Source: Eledone cirrhosa (lineage: Eukaryota). From it: a DNA stretch of 64,000 bases. The translations under genes and the position numbers were made by a program. The notes under the pieces were generated by a model. It saw only the letters and a program-made list of their open reading frames with translations, was not told where the DNA came from and did no database searches. The stretch spans positions 6,944,001-7,008,000 of the forward strand of contig OZ024748.1 in NCBI GenBank assembly GCA_964016885.1, read 5' to 3'. Shown here in pieces: positions 29,196 to 43,691 of this stretch; positions within the stretch are counted from its first letter, which is position 1, and the number at the start of each line of letters is the position of its first letter.

Positions 29196-29381
29196 GGTTT
29201 TGGCGGATATATTCTGGGGACTGTTCATCGATTAAGATCAACCCCAGTATTTGTCTGGTATTTTATATTATCCAGCTCGGGAGGTAAAATGTCAGAGTAG
29301 AACTCGGTATATATAATTTAATGGCTTGTAACTTTACGTTACTATTGGTTCACCAACTTGATCCCTCGAGGAATAGGAAAC

Positions 29382-29480
29382 CACGACTCTGATGAGCTAT
29401 TGATTCCAGAGTCGTGTCCGATATATACGGATCGTACTCTGAACTAACCAATCCCGAAACGTGCGTCACACCTGAATAAA
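29382..29480 (+). ncRNA. Hammerhead-like motif with long stem II and broken stem I
   Basis: CTGATGA(29389)...CAGAGT-CG-TCCG(ATATATA)CGGA-CG-ACTCTG...GAAA-CGTGCG-TC; followed by AATAAA; stem I does not pair. Confidence 0.45.
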
Positions 29481-30149
29481 CTTGATGCTAATTTGACAAA
29501 AGTTAGAACATTACCCAAAAGAATGCTCGATACTAGAGATAACAGTGTGTGGCTCTGTTAGAACACTTTCTGGTATTTTCAGATATTTCTTGCAATATAT
29601 ATAAATATATTTTACTTTCGATGATGAAGGAGAGGACGAGGATGAGATGGTGGAGAGGAATAATGATGATGATGATGATGATGATGTTTCTTGTTGTTGG
29701 TATTGATATATCATCCTTGGTTTTGCTGGTTAGTTCCAGGTTGATAATGATCGAAGAAATCTATAAGAAATCTTTAAGCAAAATCCTTCGAAATGTGACC
29801 GCCTCAAGTGCCTATATATATCAAAGACTACATTATCCATTTGCGTTTTTATTTATTTAAGAGTGAGGAAAAAACGTGAGGTTAAGGAATCACTATTATT
29901 TTTACATGAATGTATATCGCAAATATGCTTCTTGTACGAAAGAATTTTGGATTCATCAGTGTGTTATATATGGCTAACTAAATACGTTGGACGTAGGCAT
30001 ATATATACACACACACACACATATATATATAGTTGATTGCACACAGAAATAAGTGACTAAATATATCCCCCTCCCCCAAGTTCATAGAGAGGTGTAAATA
30101 TATTCATAAAAATCATTCATGAATCCCTGCCACTTACAAGCACATACAC

Positions 30150-30184
<35 letters not shown>

Positions 30185-30189
30185 TATGC

Positions 30190-30245
<56 letters not shown>

Positions 30246-30314
30246 GTATGTATATATATATATGCGTGTGTATATGTATAAGTGTATATGTATAAGTGTA
30301 TATATGTATGTATG

Positions 30315-30416
<102 letters not shown>

Positions 30417-30837
30417 ATATATGAAGTATATATATAGATCTACAAAGATATATACTATCTCCCGGCCTGCTGGTCTCTGTTCAGCTGACCGTGGTGCGAT
30501 GCTGTTGTTATATTAAGAGCCATATAACAGCAATAAGAAGAAGAGATTCAGTCATAAAACAACTGACGGTTCGGCAATACTTTTGTTATAAAATCTACAG
30601 CATAGAGAGCCGTAAAAAAACTAAACAGGGCTGTCTTCTATCAAATAAAATACATCAGGAAAACAGATAAAGAAATATAGATAAAGGAGGCTTTGAAATG
30701 AAAGAATATATACGACCTGGAATGTATTCAATTAATTTTAGGCACCATATTCACACTTGGTGTAAAAAGAAATAGCATAAAATAGGATAAAAAGCTAGTT
30801 TAAAATATATAAAAAATAAGTAAAAGCCTAAAATTTG

Positions 30838-30893
<56 letters not shown>

Positions 30894-31000
30894 ATATGTA
30901 TATGTATATGCAAAAGGCAAACAGAAATAACAAAGCAAACGACACAGTACAATGAAGAAATATACTATCAGTTTTACGCTTGATATATAGTAGAAAAAAA

Positions 31001-31038
31001 GTCTTAACGTTTCGGACACTAGTACTTCATCAGAAGAT
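31001..31038 (-). ncRNA. Minimal type I hammerhead ribozyme (family D)
   Basis: Minus strand TCTT-CTGATGA-AGTAC(TAGT)GTCC-GAAA-CG-TT^AAGA; downstream tail 30890-31000 homologous to 40500-40600. Confidence 0.7.
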
Positions 31039-31214
31039 AGAATGAGAAATTGAAGAAGAAATAAAACAATTGCGGAGTTTGCCAGTTAATGGTCCACGGA
31101 TTCTGTTAGATAAATAGTTGTAAGATCTCTGAAGATCTTTTCCCTGTGTCAATGTGCATGCTATGTATTACGTATCTTATGGGAGAAAGACTTTATATGA
31201 GTTATAATGTTTAT

Positions 31215-31540
31215 ATAGCCTCTACAATATATCAGGTCTCCCCCGCTCATTAATTTTTCAGATTTTTTCCAACCCCCTCCCGCCGCTTATTACATTTTGC
31301 TAATCTATCTCCGGCGAAATTTTATTGTGATTCATATCGACAGAGCAGCTGGAGAATCTAATAATAATTTCATTTTACAATAAAAAAAAAAAAAACATTA
31401 TATATGCCAAAAGAATACGTTGCATAAATTCCATATTTACGAACGTACACTATACAATTGCTGACCCCCTCCACACACACACACGTATGTCCAAAACCCC
31501 TGCTTATTCCAAACCCTCTATTATTTGGGACCCTAGAGTA
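31215..31540. mobile_element. Possible DNA-transposon (pogo/Tc1-like) remnant
   Basis: Terminus CCCCTGCTTATTCCAAACCCTCTATTATTTGGGACCCTAGAGTA and internal CCCCC..GCTTATT repeats resemble such ends; second TIR not seen. Confidence 0.3.
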
Positions 31541-32064
31541 CCTAAGTTTAATTCTTCTACCTGAGTAGATCTCATTGTTGTATCATGGAAAATAAGGCAG
31601 TGTAACCACATGTGAAGTATTTCACTGAGAGAGGGTAACGAGCCAAGATCGTTACAGGGTTTCAAATGCTTGACCATTGCCGAGGTGATATCAAATAATC
31701 AGACGAGAAATTCATTTAATAATACCAAACATTTGCGATTCTACATTTCGAAATCAAGACACAGTGTTGGATATATGACAAAGTTTAAGGTAGATTTTAC
31801 ATTAAGTTAATATGCAAAGAAACTAGCAGGAATCAGGAAATTTTCAATGCTGTCGGAACTTTTATGCCGTTTATTGGATGCAAGGTTTCAGCTAAGAAAA
31901 GTGGATCAGATCAGAGTAATCATTTGTAAGTCGTTTCGTTCCATGAAGAGTCTGTATATAAGAAGACTAACAACAACATAGGAATACATATCGATTATTG
32001 TTTTAATATATCCTCGCAGAATGAGGGCATCAGTCCATGCTCCATTGCACCATATACATACTTA

Positions 32065-32106
<42 letters not shown>

Positions 32107-32188
32107 CATATATATTTATATATGTATACATGTATATATGTATACATATATATATATAAATAATTATATATATATATATATATTTATG

Positions 32189-32221
<33 letters not shown>

Positions 32222-32227
32222 GTATAC

Positions 32228-32264
<37 letters not shown>

Positions 32265-32268
32265 TATG

Positions 32269-32315
<47 letters not shown>

Positions 32316-32317
32316 AC

Positions 32318-32351
<34 letters not shown>

Positions 32352-32489
32352 TTATGTATATATATATATATATATATAATTACAAACATCATTACATTCT
32401 TTCCAGCTTCTTACGACTACAAATTTATCAAATTATAATATTCGGGAGACTGTTTCATATCTATATATATGTACGTGTATCTACTGGCT

Positions 32490-32546
<57 letters not shown>

Positions 32547-32624
32547 CTGTCTGTCTGTCTGCCTGTGTACGTGTATCTACTGGCTTATATATGTGTGTGT
32601 CTGCCGTGTCCGTGTATGTGAGTG

Positions 32625-32880
32625 TGTGCATGAGTGTGTAAGCATATATGTGCATGTGTGTCTCGACATATAGTTATCTATGTGACTATGCCCGGGTATG
32701 TGTGTGTGTGCATGAGTGAGTGTGTAAAGCATATATGTGCATGTGTGTCTCTACATATAGTTATCTATGTGACTATGCCCGGGTATGTGTGTGTGTGCAT
32801 GAGTGAGTGTGTAAAGCATATATGTGCGTGTGTGTCTCTACATATAGTTATCTATGTGGCTGTGTCCGGGTATGTGTGAC
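32625..32880. repeat. 87-bp tandem repeat, 3 copies
   Basis: GCATGAGTGAGTGTGTAAAGCATATATGTGCATGTGTGTCTCTACATATAGTTATCTATGTGACTATGCCCGGGTATG repeated. Confidence 0.9.
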
Positions 32881-33036
32881 CACATTAAACACTCAGCTCA
32901 ACAGTCTTAAAGTACAGCAAGCGGCGGTTGAACAATTTCTGTGTGGTCCTCACAAGATAATCTACATATTTATATCTGATCCGCAAATATATACATACAT
33001 ATATGTATACATATATATATATGTATATATAATACA

Positions 33037-33135
<99 letters not shown>

Positions 33136-33246
33136 GTATATAGTATACAGAATAAGACAGTGACCAAAATCTAGACTACTACTACTACTACTACTACTAC
33201 TGCTGCTACTACTACTACTACTGCTACTACTACTACTACCACTACA

Positions 33247-33302
<56 letters not shown>

Positions 33303-33546
33303 AAAAACAACAAGAACAAACACACCAATAACAACATGAAATATCTATCAAACGAGAAATTACACCTTGAAGTCATAAAACGTGAAAAATATTTCATGCA
33401 GTAAACTGTGAGATTGTACATGTGTGTGTGTATGTGTATGTGTGTGTGTAAGTGTATGTTTTATGTTGTATGTTTGTATGCCTGTGTTCAGTGTGTGTGT
33501 GTTTGTATATGTTCATGCGACAATGAATTTATATATATGTGTTTAC

Positions 33547-33699
<153 letters not shown>

Positions 33700-33868
33700 G
33701 GTTGACAGCTGACAGAAAGGCGTACTCAGTACCGAAGTAGAATTTTAATATTCGTTTATATTAAGACTAAAGGGTCTTGTTACTCTGGAATTTCACATGT
33801 TTATGATAGTGTCATTAGGCACTGTGTTGAACAGGTGAAACTCCAGAGTAACAAGACTCATCTTTTAT
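33700..33868. mobile_element. Family H fold-back element
   Basis: Arms 33772-33801 and 33830-33859; right arm GAAA-CTC(CA)GAG-TA^ACAAGAC is a hammerhead stem III plus GUA site; reverse tail contains ATTC-TAC(TTCG)GTA-CT-GAGT. Confidence 0.65.
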
Positions 33869-33877
33869 ATATATATA

Positions 33878-34290
33878 TTAAGGGTGAAAGCAGCGATTCT
33901 TTACTTAAACTGCAATCTGTGAACGCAGAAGTAAATATTTCGAAAAACGTTGCAATGTGGTTTTGTCTTTACGTGTTATTGTTCTCATCGTACCACACAA
34001 CGACGTATTATCTTCACTTTTTTCCGTTCATTGCCAGGGAACGTCTTCACGAACCAAAGTATCGTCTTCCAGTTTTTCTTCGGTTTCAACGTTTTTCGAA
34101 ATATTTACTTCTGCGTTCACAGATTGATGTGTTTAGTTTCAGAACATCCCGTTAAGGGTGAAAGCAGCGATTCTTTGCTTAAACTTTAATCTGTTATTTT
34201 AATAAATATTTGCTCTATGGTTCTTATATATTTGATATATATTTATCCTTATCAAGCCCTTTTGGGATTTTAGTCTTCACATTTATTATT
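33878..34290 (+). mobile_element. Family G composite element with direct and inverted repeats
   Basis: TTAAGGGTGAAAGCAGCGATTCTTT at 33878 and 34152; 40-bp inverted repeat 33913-33952 / 34087-34126; other copies at 40601-40790, 43770-43825, 60865-60927. Confidence 0.7.
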
Positions 34291-34328
34291 ATTACTATAT
34301 AGTTATATATATATATATATATATATTA

Positions 34329-34540
34329 TGTGAGAAAAACCACAGACCCTCCATCTCAACTCTACTTTTGAAAAGCAGAAGAACTGCGAAACCGGTAAAG
34401 GAACCAAATAAATATATATATTTTTTTAAAAAATAAGACTCCAGTTGCATTTTCGATTTCATCTTTTTTTCTTTATACTTTCACTCGTGTAGGACACCTC
34501 GGTCATTTTTCATTTTGTAAAAAAAACCTCAGTTTCTAAT
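34329..34540 (+). mobile_element. Family I element with U3-A8 variant hammerhead-like motif (~34365-34400)
   Basis: CTT-TTGAAAA-GCAG(AAGAA)CTGC-GAAA-CCGG-TA^AAG. Confidence 0.6.
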
Positions 34541-34546
34541 ATATAT

Positions 34547-34798
<252 letters not shown>

Positions 34799-34872
34799 AT
34801 GTGTATATATAGATATTCTCAACTTCCACAAAATTGATCCTTCTTTTCTTTCTTATTAAACCCACCCACCTA

Positions 34873-34929
<57 letters not shown>

Positions 34930-35370
34930 GTATATATGTATATATATATATATATACGTGTATGTGTGTGTGAATAGGTTAAATGCTAGTGTGGCAAACA
35001 ATCTTAAAATAATGTTCATTTTTCTCACACACAAACGTCCCCACCACCATCATCAACAACATCACCTTCAACTACACCGCAAGTAGTAACACCACCACCA
35101 CCACCCAACGCCTATATACCCAGGTATTTGCTATTCCTGGCGTATTTGCACAGTAAATCAACTTCAACATTTTCCAAGGTATTTCTGCAAGTAAAATATT
35201 AAAGAAAGCTCAGACACGACCCCCCATACCCCCCCCCCCCCATATACATATATATACATATATATATATATATGCATGCATGTGTGTATATACATACATA
35301 TATGTCTATATATTTATGTACGTGTTGAGGGACACGTATATATAAACATACATATATATACACACACACT

Positions 35371-35415
<45 letters not shown>

Positions 35416-36402
35416 ATGTGAGTGTGTGCTGTGTGTGTGTGTGTGTGAATATATGTGTGTAATTTTACATATATGACCTCCAGTACAAAACAGCCAACCA
35501 GAATGGAATGTCATAGCTAGACATTACCCAACATTTTTGAGTGCAAAGTAAACTACATCAAATATGAAATGGTTTGCTTTCTTTTCTTATTTTCGTATCA
35601 TTTTGTTTTTGTTTTTATTGTGGAGCGAACTTATTTAAATTTTTTATTCTTTTTGTTATCTTTTCTCATGCATATATCCGAAAAGCTACATATCTATTAT
35701 GGCCTGACTCTCTACAAAGATCATGTCAGACCCACATTGAATACTCTGAGTTCCACACCTATGCTAATGCTTATATCTAGATCAAACTTTGAAATTCTGG
35801 GTTTAATATAAACACAGAATTTCAAAGTTTGATGTAGACATAAGCCTTTCGACTGTTTAGCATGAAGTCGCACAGCTTTCTTTTAAACAACAAAACTACA
35901 ATTTGTCATTAATACATTTGTTGTACCACGGATAAAGCGTTTGATTTGGCAGAGTAGTTAGGCCGCTGGGTACTTGTTGCAGTTTTCTGCGTTCTGAGGT
36001 AAAATTCCACAGAGATATCCTTTACCATACATTTATTTCTGGTCGATAAAATAAAGTACCAGAAATGCACTGGTTTCGATTTAATCGACTCTCTCCTCTT
36101 CCTAAAACGTTCGCCTTGTACCTGAATCAGAAACCATTATTAGAATAGAACATAGCATTCCTTGATCTAAGCAGTAATACTAGCGGGTTCCAACATGATG
36201 AGGTATAAGACTGATTCAGCAAACGACGCCAGAGTCGGGAAGTGATCTCCATGTTTATCACATATATATTAAGATTGCTTCTCACTATACACACATTTTT
36301 TACAAGAGGTTTATTGAGCACCTTTTATGTCTTTGCACCTCAACACTGTGCATAAATAATATATATACATACATACATAAACATACACACACACGCACAC
36401 CC

Positions 36403-36458
<56 letters not shown>

Positions 36459-36543
36459 GAGTGTGTGTGTGTGGTTATGTTTTCTTTTGTATGTATACAT
36501 ACATATACTTATATATATATTTATACTTTCATATATCTGTATG

Positions 36544-36671
<128 letters not shown>

Positions 36672-37589
36672 TGTGTCTATGTGTGTCTGTGTAAATATAA
36701 GATAGTTGCAGAGGTTAAGGAAACTTTGAAACAAGAGATGATAAAGGAATGTTTCGCCCTCTCTCCACATAAATATATTTACCACCATCCAAGAGAGAAA
36801 TTAATTCTACATGCTCTGGCAACCACAGATAATTACCAAACATCACAGAAGAATAGAAATTCTAGAAATGGTAAAATAAACAACACATTCTTGGATAAAC
36901 ACAACTACAAGATGGTCACTTTTGCTCTACTACCTCCTGAGTGCATCTCCCCTTTAGTACTACCAGTATTCATAACAACTATACTACCTCCACTACCGTG
37001 TACTAAGACACACAAGCACTACCATTGTTACCACACCTATAACCACCACCATCACCACCACCACTATCATCACCATCAACACCACTGTCAACATTAGTAT
37101 CAGCACTACCGTCACACAATCACCCCTACCATCAGCTCCATCATTATCACCAACAACACCAACAAAAGCATGACTACCACCACCACTACCACTACAGCCA
37201 CCACCATTATCATCACAGCTATCAACACCAGTATCAGCACTACCGTCACATCTTCACCACCACCATCAGCTCCACCGACACAACCACCAACATCTTCGAT
37301 GTTCAGACGTGGGACTGGTTCCATGAAAAGCCTTTCCTTGCTTAAAAAAGCTTCAAGTACAGTCATCGCTTCATATATGACATTTTTTTGCGATGCAAGG
37401 TATTGCTGGCTACAGGACCAGCAATTGGACGAAAAAAGCTTAAGTAATATGCGATGGCATTACTCGAAATCGAGTTGCAGCCATCATCCTCAGCTTGTAT
37501 ATACTTATATACCTATGTATGCATAGGGCGCAAAGGGCGGAGGAACTCAGCAGAGTCAACGGCTATCTAAATAATACTTTTTTTTTTTC

Positions 37590-37835
37590 AGCTGGGAGTG
37601 AAAGGCTCCCCAGTTATTGTCACAACACCTTTCAAGGAGAGGGGTAACTCTGAAAAAAACCCTGCGGTTTCGGAAGCATCCGATGATGTTCACCAGTTCT
37701 CTTATTCGGGTAGTGTTTTCGATGCGCAGATAGTGGGATTGGTCGAGTGCAAGGCCTTTTCCCACTTAAAAACCTTCAAAGCACAGACACTGCTTGTTCA
37801 GGATCTGTTACATGCGATTGCAATACTCTTAGCAA
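37590..37835 (+). pseudogene. Degenerate RTE-clade LINE reverse transcriptase fragment
   Basis: Translates GVKGSPVIVTTPF ... FSHLKTFKAQTLLVQDLLHA, resembling RTE RT motifs GVKQGCVIAPTLF ... FNLxRLKAKTKxxxxLxRxLLFADD; catalytic DD lost. Confidence 0.5.
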
Positions 37836-38105
37836 AGTTTGCAGCCATTATGTATTCATATAGTTTTTGTGCTTCATACGCACTGAAAAATGTTGCACTA
37901 AATGCACATATACATTGATTTATAAGGTGAGTTGAGGACATTAATATAGGTCATTGAAAACACTGAGGAGAGCAGCATAAACACACAACTTAACACTTAT
38001 CTGAAAATTATTGCATAGACATAGAGTCTAACAATTACTTGTCGGACAAACGTTTTCTTATGCACATGTTATAATTCAGATAAGGAGTTTAATTATATCA
38101 GGTAC

Positions 38106-38207
<102 letters not shown>

Positions 38208-38233
38208 CATATATATATATACATATATATACA

Positions 38234-38267
<34 letters not shown>

Positions 38268-38342
38268 CATACATATATATATATACATATATATACATAT
38301 ATATATGTATATACATATATATACATATATACATATATATAC

Positions 38343-38468
<126 letters not shown>

Positions 38469-38548
38469 AGATAGACAGAGGACGAATTTATATATTTATA
38501 AATATTTTTACACACATATATTTATAATTTGTATATATATATATATAC

Positions 38549-38592
<44 letters not shown>

Positions 38593-38694
38593 ATATTTGA
38601 AAATGAAATTTTTTATGCGTGTATATATACATATATATACACGCATAAAGAATTTCATTTTCAAATATACAAACTCTAAAGGTGTAGGTGAAAA

Positions 38695-38770
<76 letters not shown>

Positions 38771-38775
<5 letters not shown>

Positions 38776-38966
38776 AACAAGTAAGACCCCGACGGCTGAG
38801 CTCAAGCCGTTTCGACGGCGGCTAATTCTGGTCCAGAATTAGCCGTCGAAACGGCTTGAGCTCAGCCGTCGGGGTCTTACTTGTTCCTATTACCCACTCT
38901 ACTACCCTAAGTATTGAGTACTTTGGTGCGTTATGGTCCACCTGGTTCCTTACCACATTTCCTTCG

Positions 38967-38968
<2 letters not shown>
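38771..38968 (+). mobile_element. Family A fold-back element (clearest copy)
   Basis: Arms 38771-38831 and 38833-38890, identical except a 3-nt GGC insertion; right arm GAAA-CGGC(TTGAGCTCA)GCCG-TC^GGGGTC; 78-nt further tail; long (TA)n on both sides. Confidence 0.88.
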
Positions 38969-39036
<68 letters not shown>

Positions 39037-39320
39037 CACTGCGAGTGTAAACATGCTAGAAAGTGTAGAAGGGTGATGAGGAAGGAGTAGGATGTGGCGG
39101 AGGGGAATAATAACAATAACAACAGTGACTACACTTTAGCAATGTTGTAAATATTGTTCTGATTGTTGTTACTGTTGTTGGTGGTGTTATTGTTGCTGTT
39201 GTTGTTGTTTAGATTGAATGAAATGAATAATGCGACAAAGCCATCACCATAAAGCCGACACTTTAATTATAATCTTTTAACGTTATTACATATCTCCTTT
39301 ACAGACAGAAATATGTATGC

Positions 39321-39403
<83 letters not shown>

Positions 39404-39497
39404 TATACACACACATATATAGATATATATATACCTGGCTACATGATGTTCACACAAGCACACACACACATATGTATATATATATATTAAAGAGTTA

Positions 39498-39553
<56 letters not shown>

Positions 39554-39680
39554 TTACCTGGATACATGATGTTCACACACACACATATATATGTGTACAT
39601 ATATAACATCTATATATATGTATACCTGTACATATATATATGTGTATATATATATATATATGTACACATATATATATATG

Positions 39681-39789
<109 letters not shown>

Positions 39790-39798
39790 GTATATATT

Positions 39799-39930
<132 letters not shown>

Positions 39931-40046
39931 AGCATATACCACACGCATATATAATCATAGATATTCCATAGACTCTTTATGTATTTCAATGGAATGTTTT
40001 AAATGAGCGATAGTTGAACTTTAATAACTTGGTCTAAAATTGTAGA

Positions 40047-40148
40047 AAATTCTCGCTGAAATTTTGATGAATAATTCAGATTCATTAACTTATCTTTATC
40101 TTTCTACTCTTAGATATGATATAAATGTAACCCTATATATATAACGGG

Positions 40149-40238
<90 letters not shown>

Positions 40239-40344
40239 TCCTCGTTATATATATATGTTTACATTTATATCATATCTAACAGTAGAAAGATAAAGATAAG
40301 TTAATTGAATCTAAATTATTCATCAAAATTTCAGCGACAATTTT
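40047..40344. repeat. ~105-bp inverted repeat flanking a (TA)n tract
   Basis: 40047-40151 is the near-perfect reverse complement of 40237-40344. Confidence 0.9.
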
Positions 40345-40382
40345 ATATGTGTGTGTGTGTGAACATCATGTATCCATGTAAA

Positions 40383-40444
<62 letters not shown>

Positions 40445-40460
40445 TGTTTACTTTCTATTT

Positions 40461-40498
40461 ATCTTCTGCTGAAGGACTAATGTTCGAAACGTTAAGAT
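40461..40498 (+). ncRNA. Family D hammerhead with mutated core (CTGCTGA)
   Basis: ATCTT-CTGCTGA-AGGAC(TAAT)GTTC-GAAA-CG-TT^AAGAT. Confidence 0.6.
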
Positions 40499-40814
40499 TC
40501 TCAACCTGGTATTTCAAGAGTTAAATTAATATATTCTTCCCATGTACTGTGCCGTTCGTTTTGTCATTTCTGTTTACTTTTTACACACATAAATGTATAT
40601 AACAGATTAAAGTTTAAGCAAAGAATAGCTGCTTTCACCCTTAACGGGATCTTCTGGGTGAAAGCAGCGATTCTTTGCTTAAACTTTAATCTGTTATTTT
40701 AATAAATATTTGCTCTACGGTTCTTATATATTTGATATATATTTATCCTTATCGAGCCTCTTTGGATTTTAGTCTTCAAATTTATTATTATTATATATAT
40801 ATATATATATATAT

Positions 40815-41018
40815 ATCCGGTGGTGGAGAGAGAGATGTAAGTGGGTGTAATTTGAGATGCGTGGCGTGTATATGACTGTAACGTGTAGAGGAATGAAGGA
40901 AAGAGCGTAAAGAAAAAAAAAGAAAAATACCAACACAAGAAAGAGTTACTCTTTCTCGTGTTGTTATTTTTATTTTTATCCTTTACACCCACTTACATCT
41001 CTCTCTCCACCACCGGAT
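40815..41018. repeat. Fold-back element with perfect 36-bp outer arms and inner palindrome (apex ~40947)
   Basis: ATCCGGTGGTGGAGAGAGAGATGTAAGTGGGTGTAA / TTACACCCACTTACATCTCTCTCTCCACCACCGGAT; inner CAACACAAGAAAGAGT-T-ACTCTTTCTCGTGTTG. Confidence 0.85.
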
Positions 41019-41122
41019 CTTGTTACCCGGAGATTTACCCATCTGCATTGTCGAGGCTTCCAAACGACTTAAAGAAATTTACCTTATTATTCCACAGTGC
41101 TTCAAGCAAACTTCATTACTCT

Positions 41123-41228
<106 letters not shown>

Positions 41229-41369
41229 GGACAGAGTCAGGACCCCGACGGCTGAGTTCCGGCCGTTTCGACAGTTAGATCCGAACTAAGTTATGAGTAT
41301 TACATCTACCCTAAGTATCGAGTATTCTGGTGTGTTATGTCCACCTGGTTTCTTACCACACTTTATTTG

Positions 41370-41372
<3 letters not shown>
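41229..41372. mobile_element. Family A element with internal deletion
   Basis: Inverted arm GACCCCGACGGCTGAGTTCCGGCCGTTTCGAC joined to tail TCTACCCTAAGTATCGAGTA...CCACCTGGTTTCTTACCACAC. Confidence 0.7.
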
Positions 41373-41449
<77 letters not shown>

Positions 41450-41599
41450 ACATATGTATATATGTGTGTGTGTATATGTATGCGTGTACATACATGTGTA
41501 TATATGCATGTGTGTATGTTAACAGTGAATTCTACATCTTGTTTATGTCATATGATAAGAATAACAAGATTTTTCCGTTTCTCAATAACATCTCATCAT

Positions 41600-41760
41600 C
41601 TATGAATATTGGCATTTCTGCTATATATTAACTGATCAGCTATCGATATCGGCATCACTGTAATATATCAACTGATCACCTATCAATATTGACATCACTG
41701 TAATATATCAAAAGATCATGTATCGATATTGTCATCAACGTAATATATCAACTGTGAAAT
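41600..41760. repeat. ~40-bp diverged tandem repeat (TATATCAACTGATCACCTATCAATATTGACATCACTGTAA)
   Basis: About 4 units read directly. Confidence 0.75.
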
Positions 41761-41842
41761 CGGTAAAAGGATCTAACCAAGTTGAAGAACTTAACATAAG
41801 AGATCGAGGAAATTTCTTTCGATCCAAATTAGTGAAGTTCAA

Positions 41843-41919
<77 letters not shown>

Positions 41920-41928
41920 TAAATATAA

Positions 41929-41982
<54 letters not shown>

Positions 41983-42115
41983 GTGTGTGTGTGTATACAT
42001 ACATATGTGTGTGTATTATCAACCATATCTCTCTCTCTCTTTCTTTCTCCCTTTCTCTTTCACTATATATATACATATATATATACGACTATATATATGT
42101 ATATATATATGTATA

Positions 42116-42208
<93 letters not shown>

Positions 42209-42787
42209 AGAGAGAGAGAAAGAGTGCGATCTGTGATTTTCGGTTGCCCAATCACTGTCGAGTGTGTGTATGTGTGTATATATCTATATATATAACCTGT
42301 GTGTGTGTTTATTTGTGTGCCAGCCATTCCATGGAGAAATAACAACATTCTCCACTCAACAAGAATAGAACTCTCCTGTGTTTATAACCAGACGAGCAAT
42401 TAGTTCCATCATTGTTAGGAAGAAGATTTCCAAATCCTTGTCATGTTATTTGTCCAGCCGAAAATGGAAGCTATAAATATTTACTAAGAAGCTGATTATG
42501 TTGATATAATATATTGTATAAGTGATGTTGTTAACTTTTCAACATTAGCAACTGGACTTGTTTATAACTTTACATTCACTGGCCAATTGTATAGCTCACT
42601 TATATAAAATCAGGCGCTGATACATTTTACAGATCAGTGAGTTATCTACTATGTCTTGTTTTCTATCTTATATATATATATATATATATATAAATGTATA
42701 TATATTTATATATATATTTAAAAACTAACAATTTTAAAGATTACTGCACACACACTCACTAAATATATATATGTAAATATGCATATA

Positions 42788-42970
<183 letters not shown>

Positions 42971-43035
42971 ATATATATATATAAAAATGTGTGTGTGTGT
43001 GTGAATATGTATAAATATATGTACATATATGTACA

Positions 43036-43077
<42 letters not shown>

Positions 43078-43470
43078 TATATAGGTAAAGAGAACACAAA
43101 AGACAAGGAAACAAGCAACTACAACTTAAAGGGCTTAAAGCAGAATAAACAGAAGCTGCAAAACTAGGGGAAAAGGAAATACGAGGTTGTCATTTTTTAT
43201 GAATAAAAATAAGAAATACTGTGGAAATATTTCATATAATATATAATGCACATGGCAAAGTGGAGTATACCTTCTGTCGTACACGGTGTTTCCAGAAGCA
43301 CACTGATCGAACTTCGGGAAACTGTGTACGTAGGAAGTTATGCACCAATTTGCCATGTGTTTTATATTATATAATTTAGTATATTGACCTCTATGTTTAA
43401 ATATTGAGGGATCTTTCTTTATTATTACGACCCCACATTCCAGCAACAATGTATATATACATGCATACAT

Positions 43471-43511
<41 letters not shown>

Positions 43512-43565
43512 AATACTAGAACAATGAAATTAAACAAAAAACGGTTAATTCATAGTAAAACTCAT

Positions 43566-43691
43566 TATTTTACGATCGTTTCTGGGGGGTAGTTCCCCAT
43601 ATGTCCATTCTATTATTGATCTATGTAAAATATATTACAAAATATCATAGTAAGAATATATACATACGTCTTCACCAACCGCCGTCTTCAG

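Noticed and set aside
27831-29300. 465-aa Thr/Asn mucin-like ORF and overlapping 454-aa and 423-aa ORFs
   Set aside because: A 30-bp GT-rich minisatellite open in several frames; no signal peptide or unique domain
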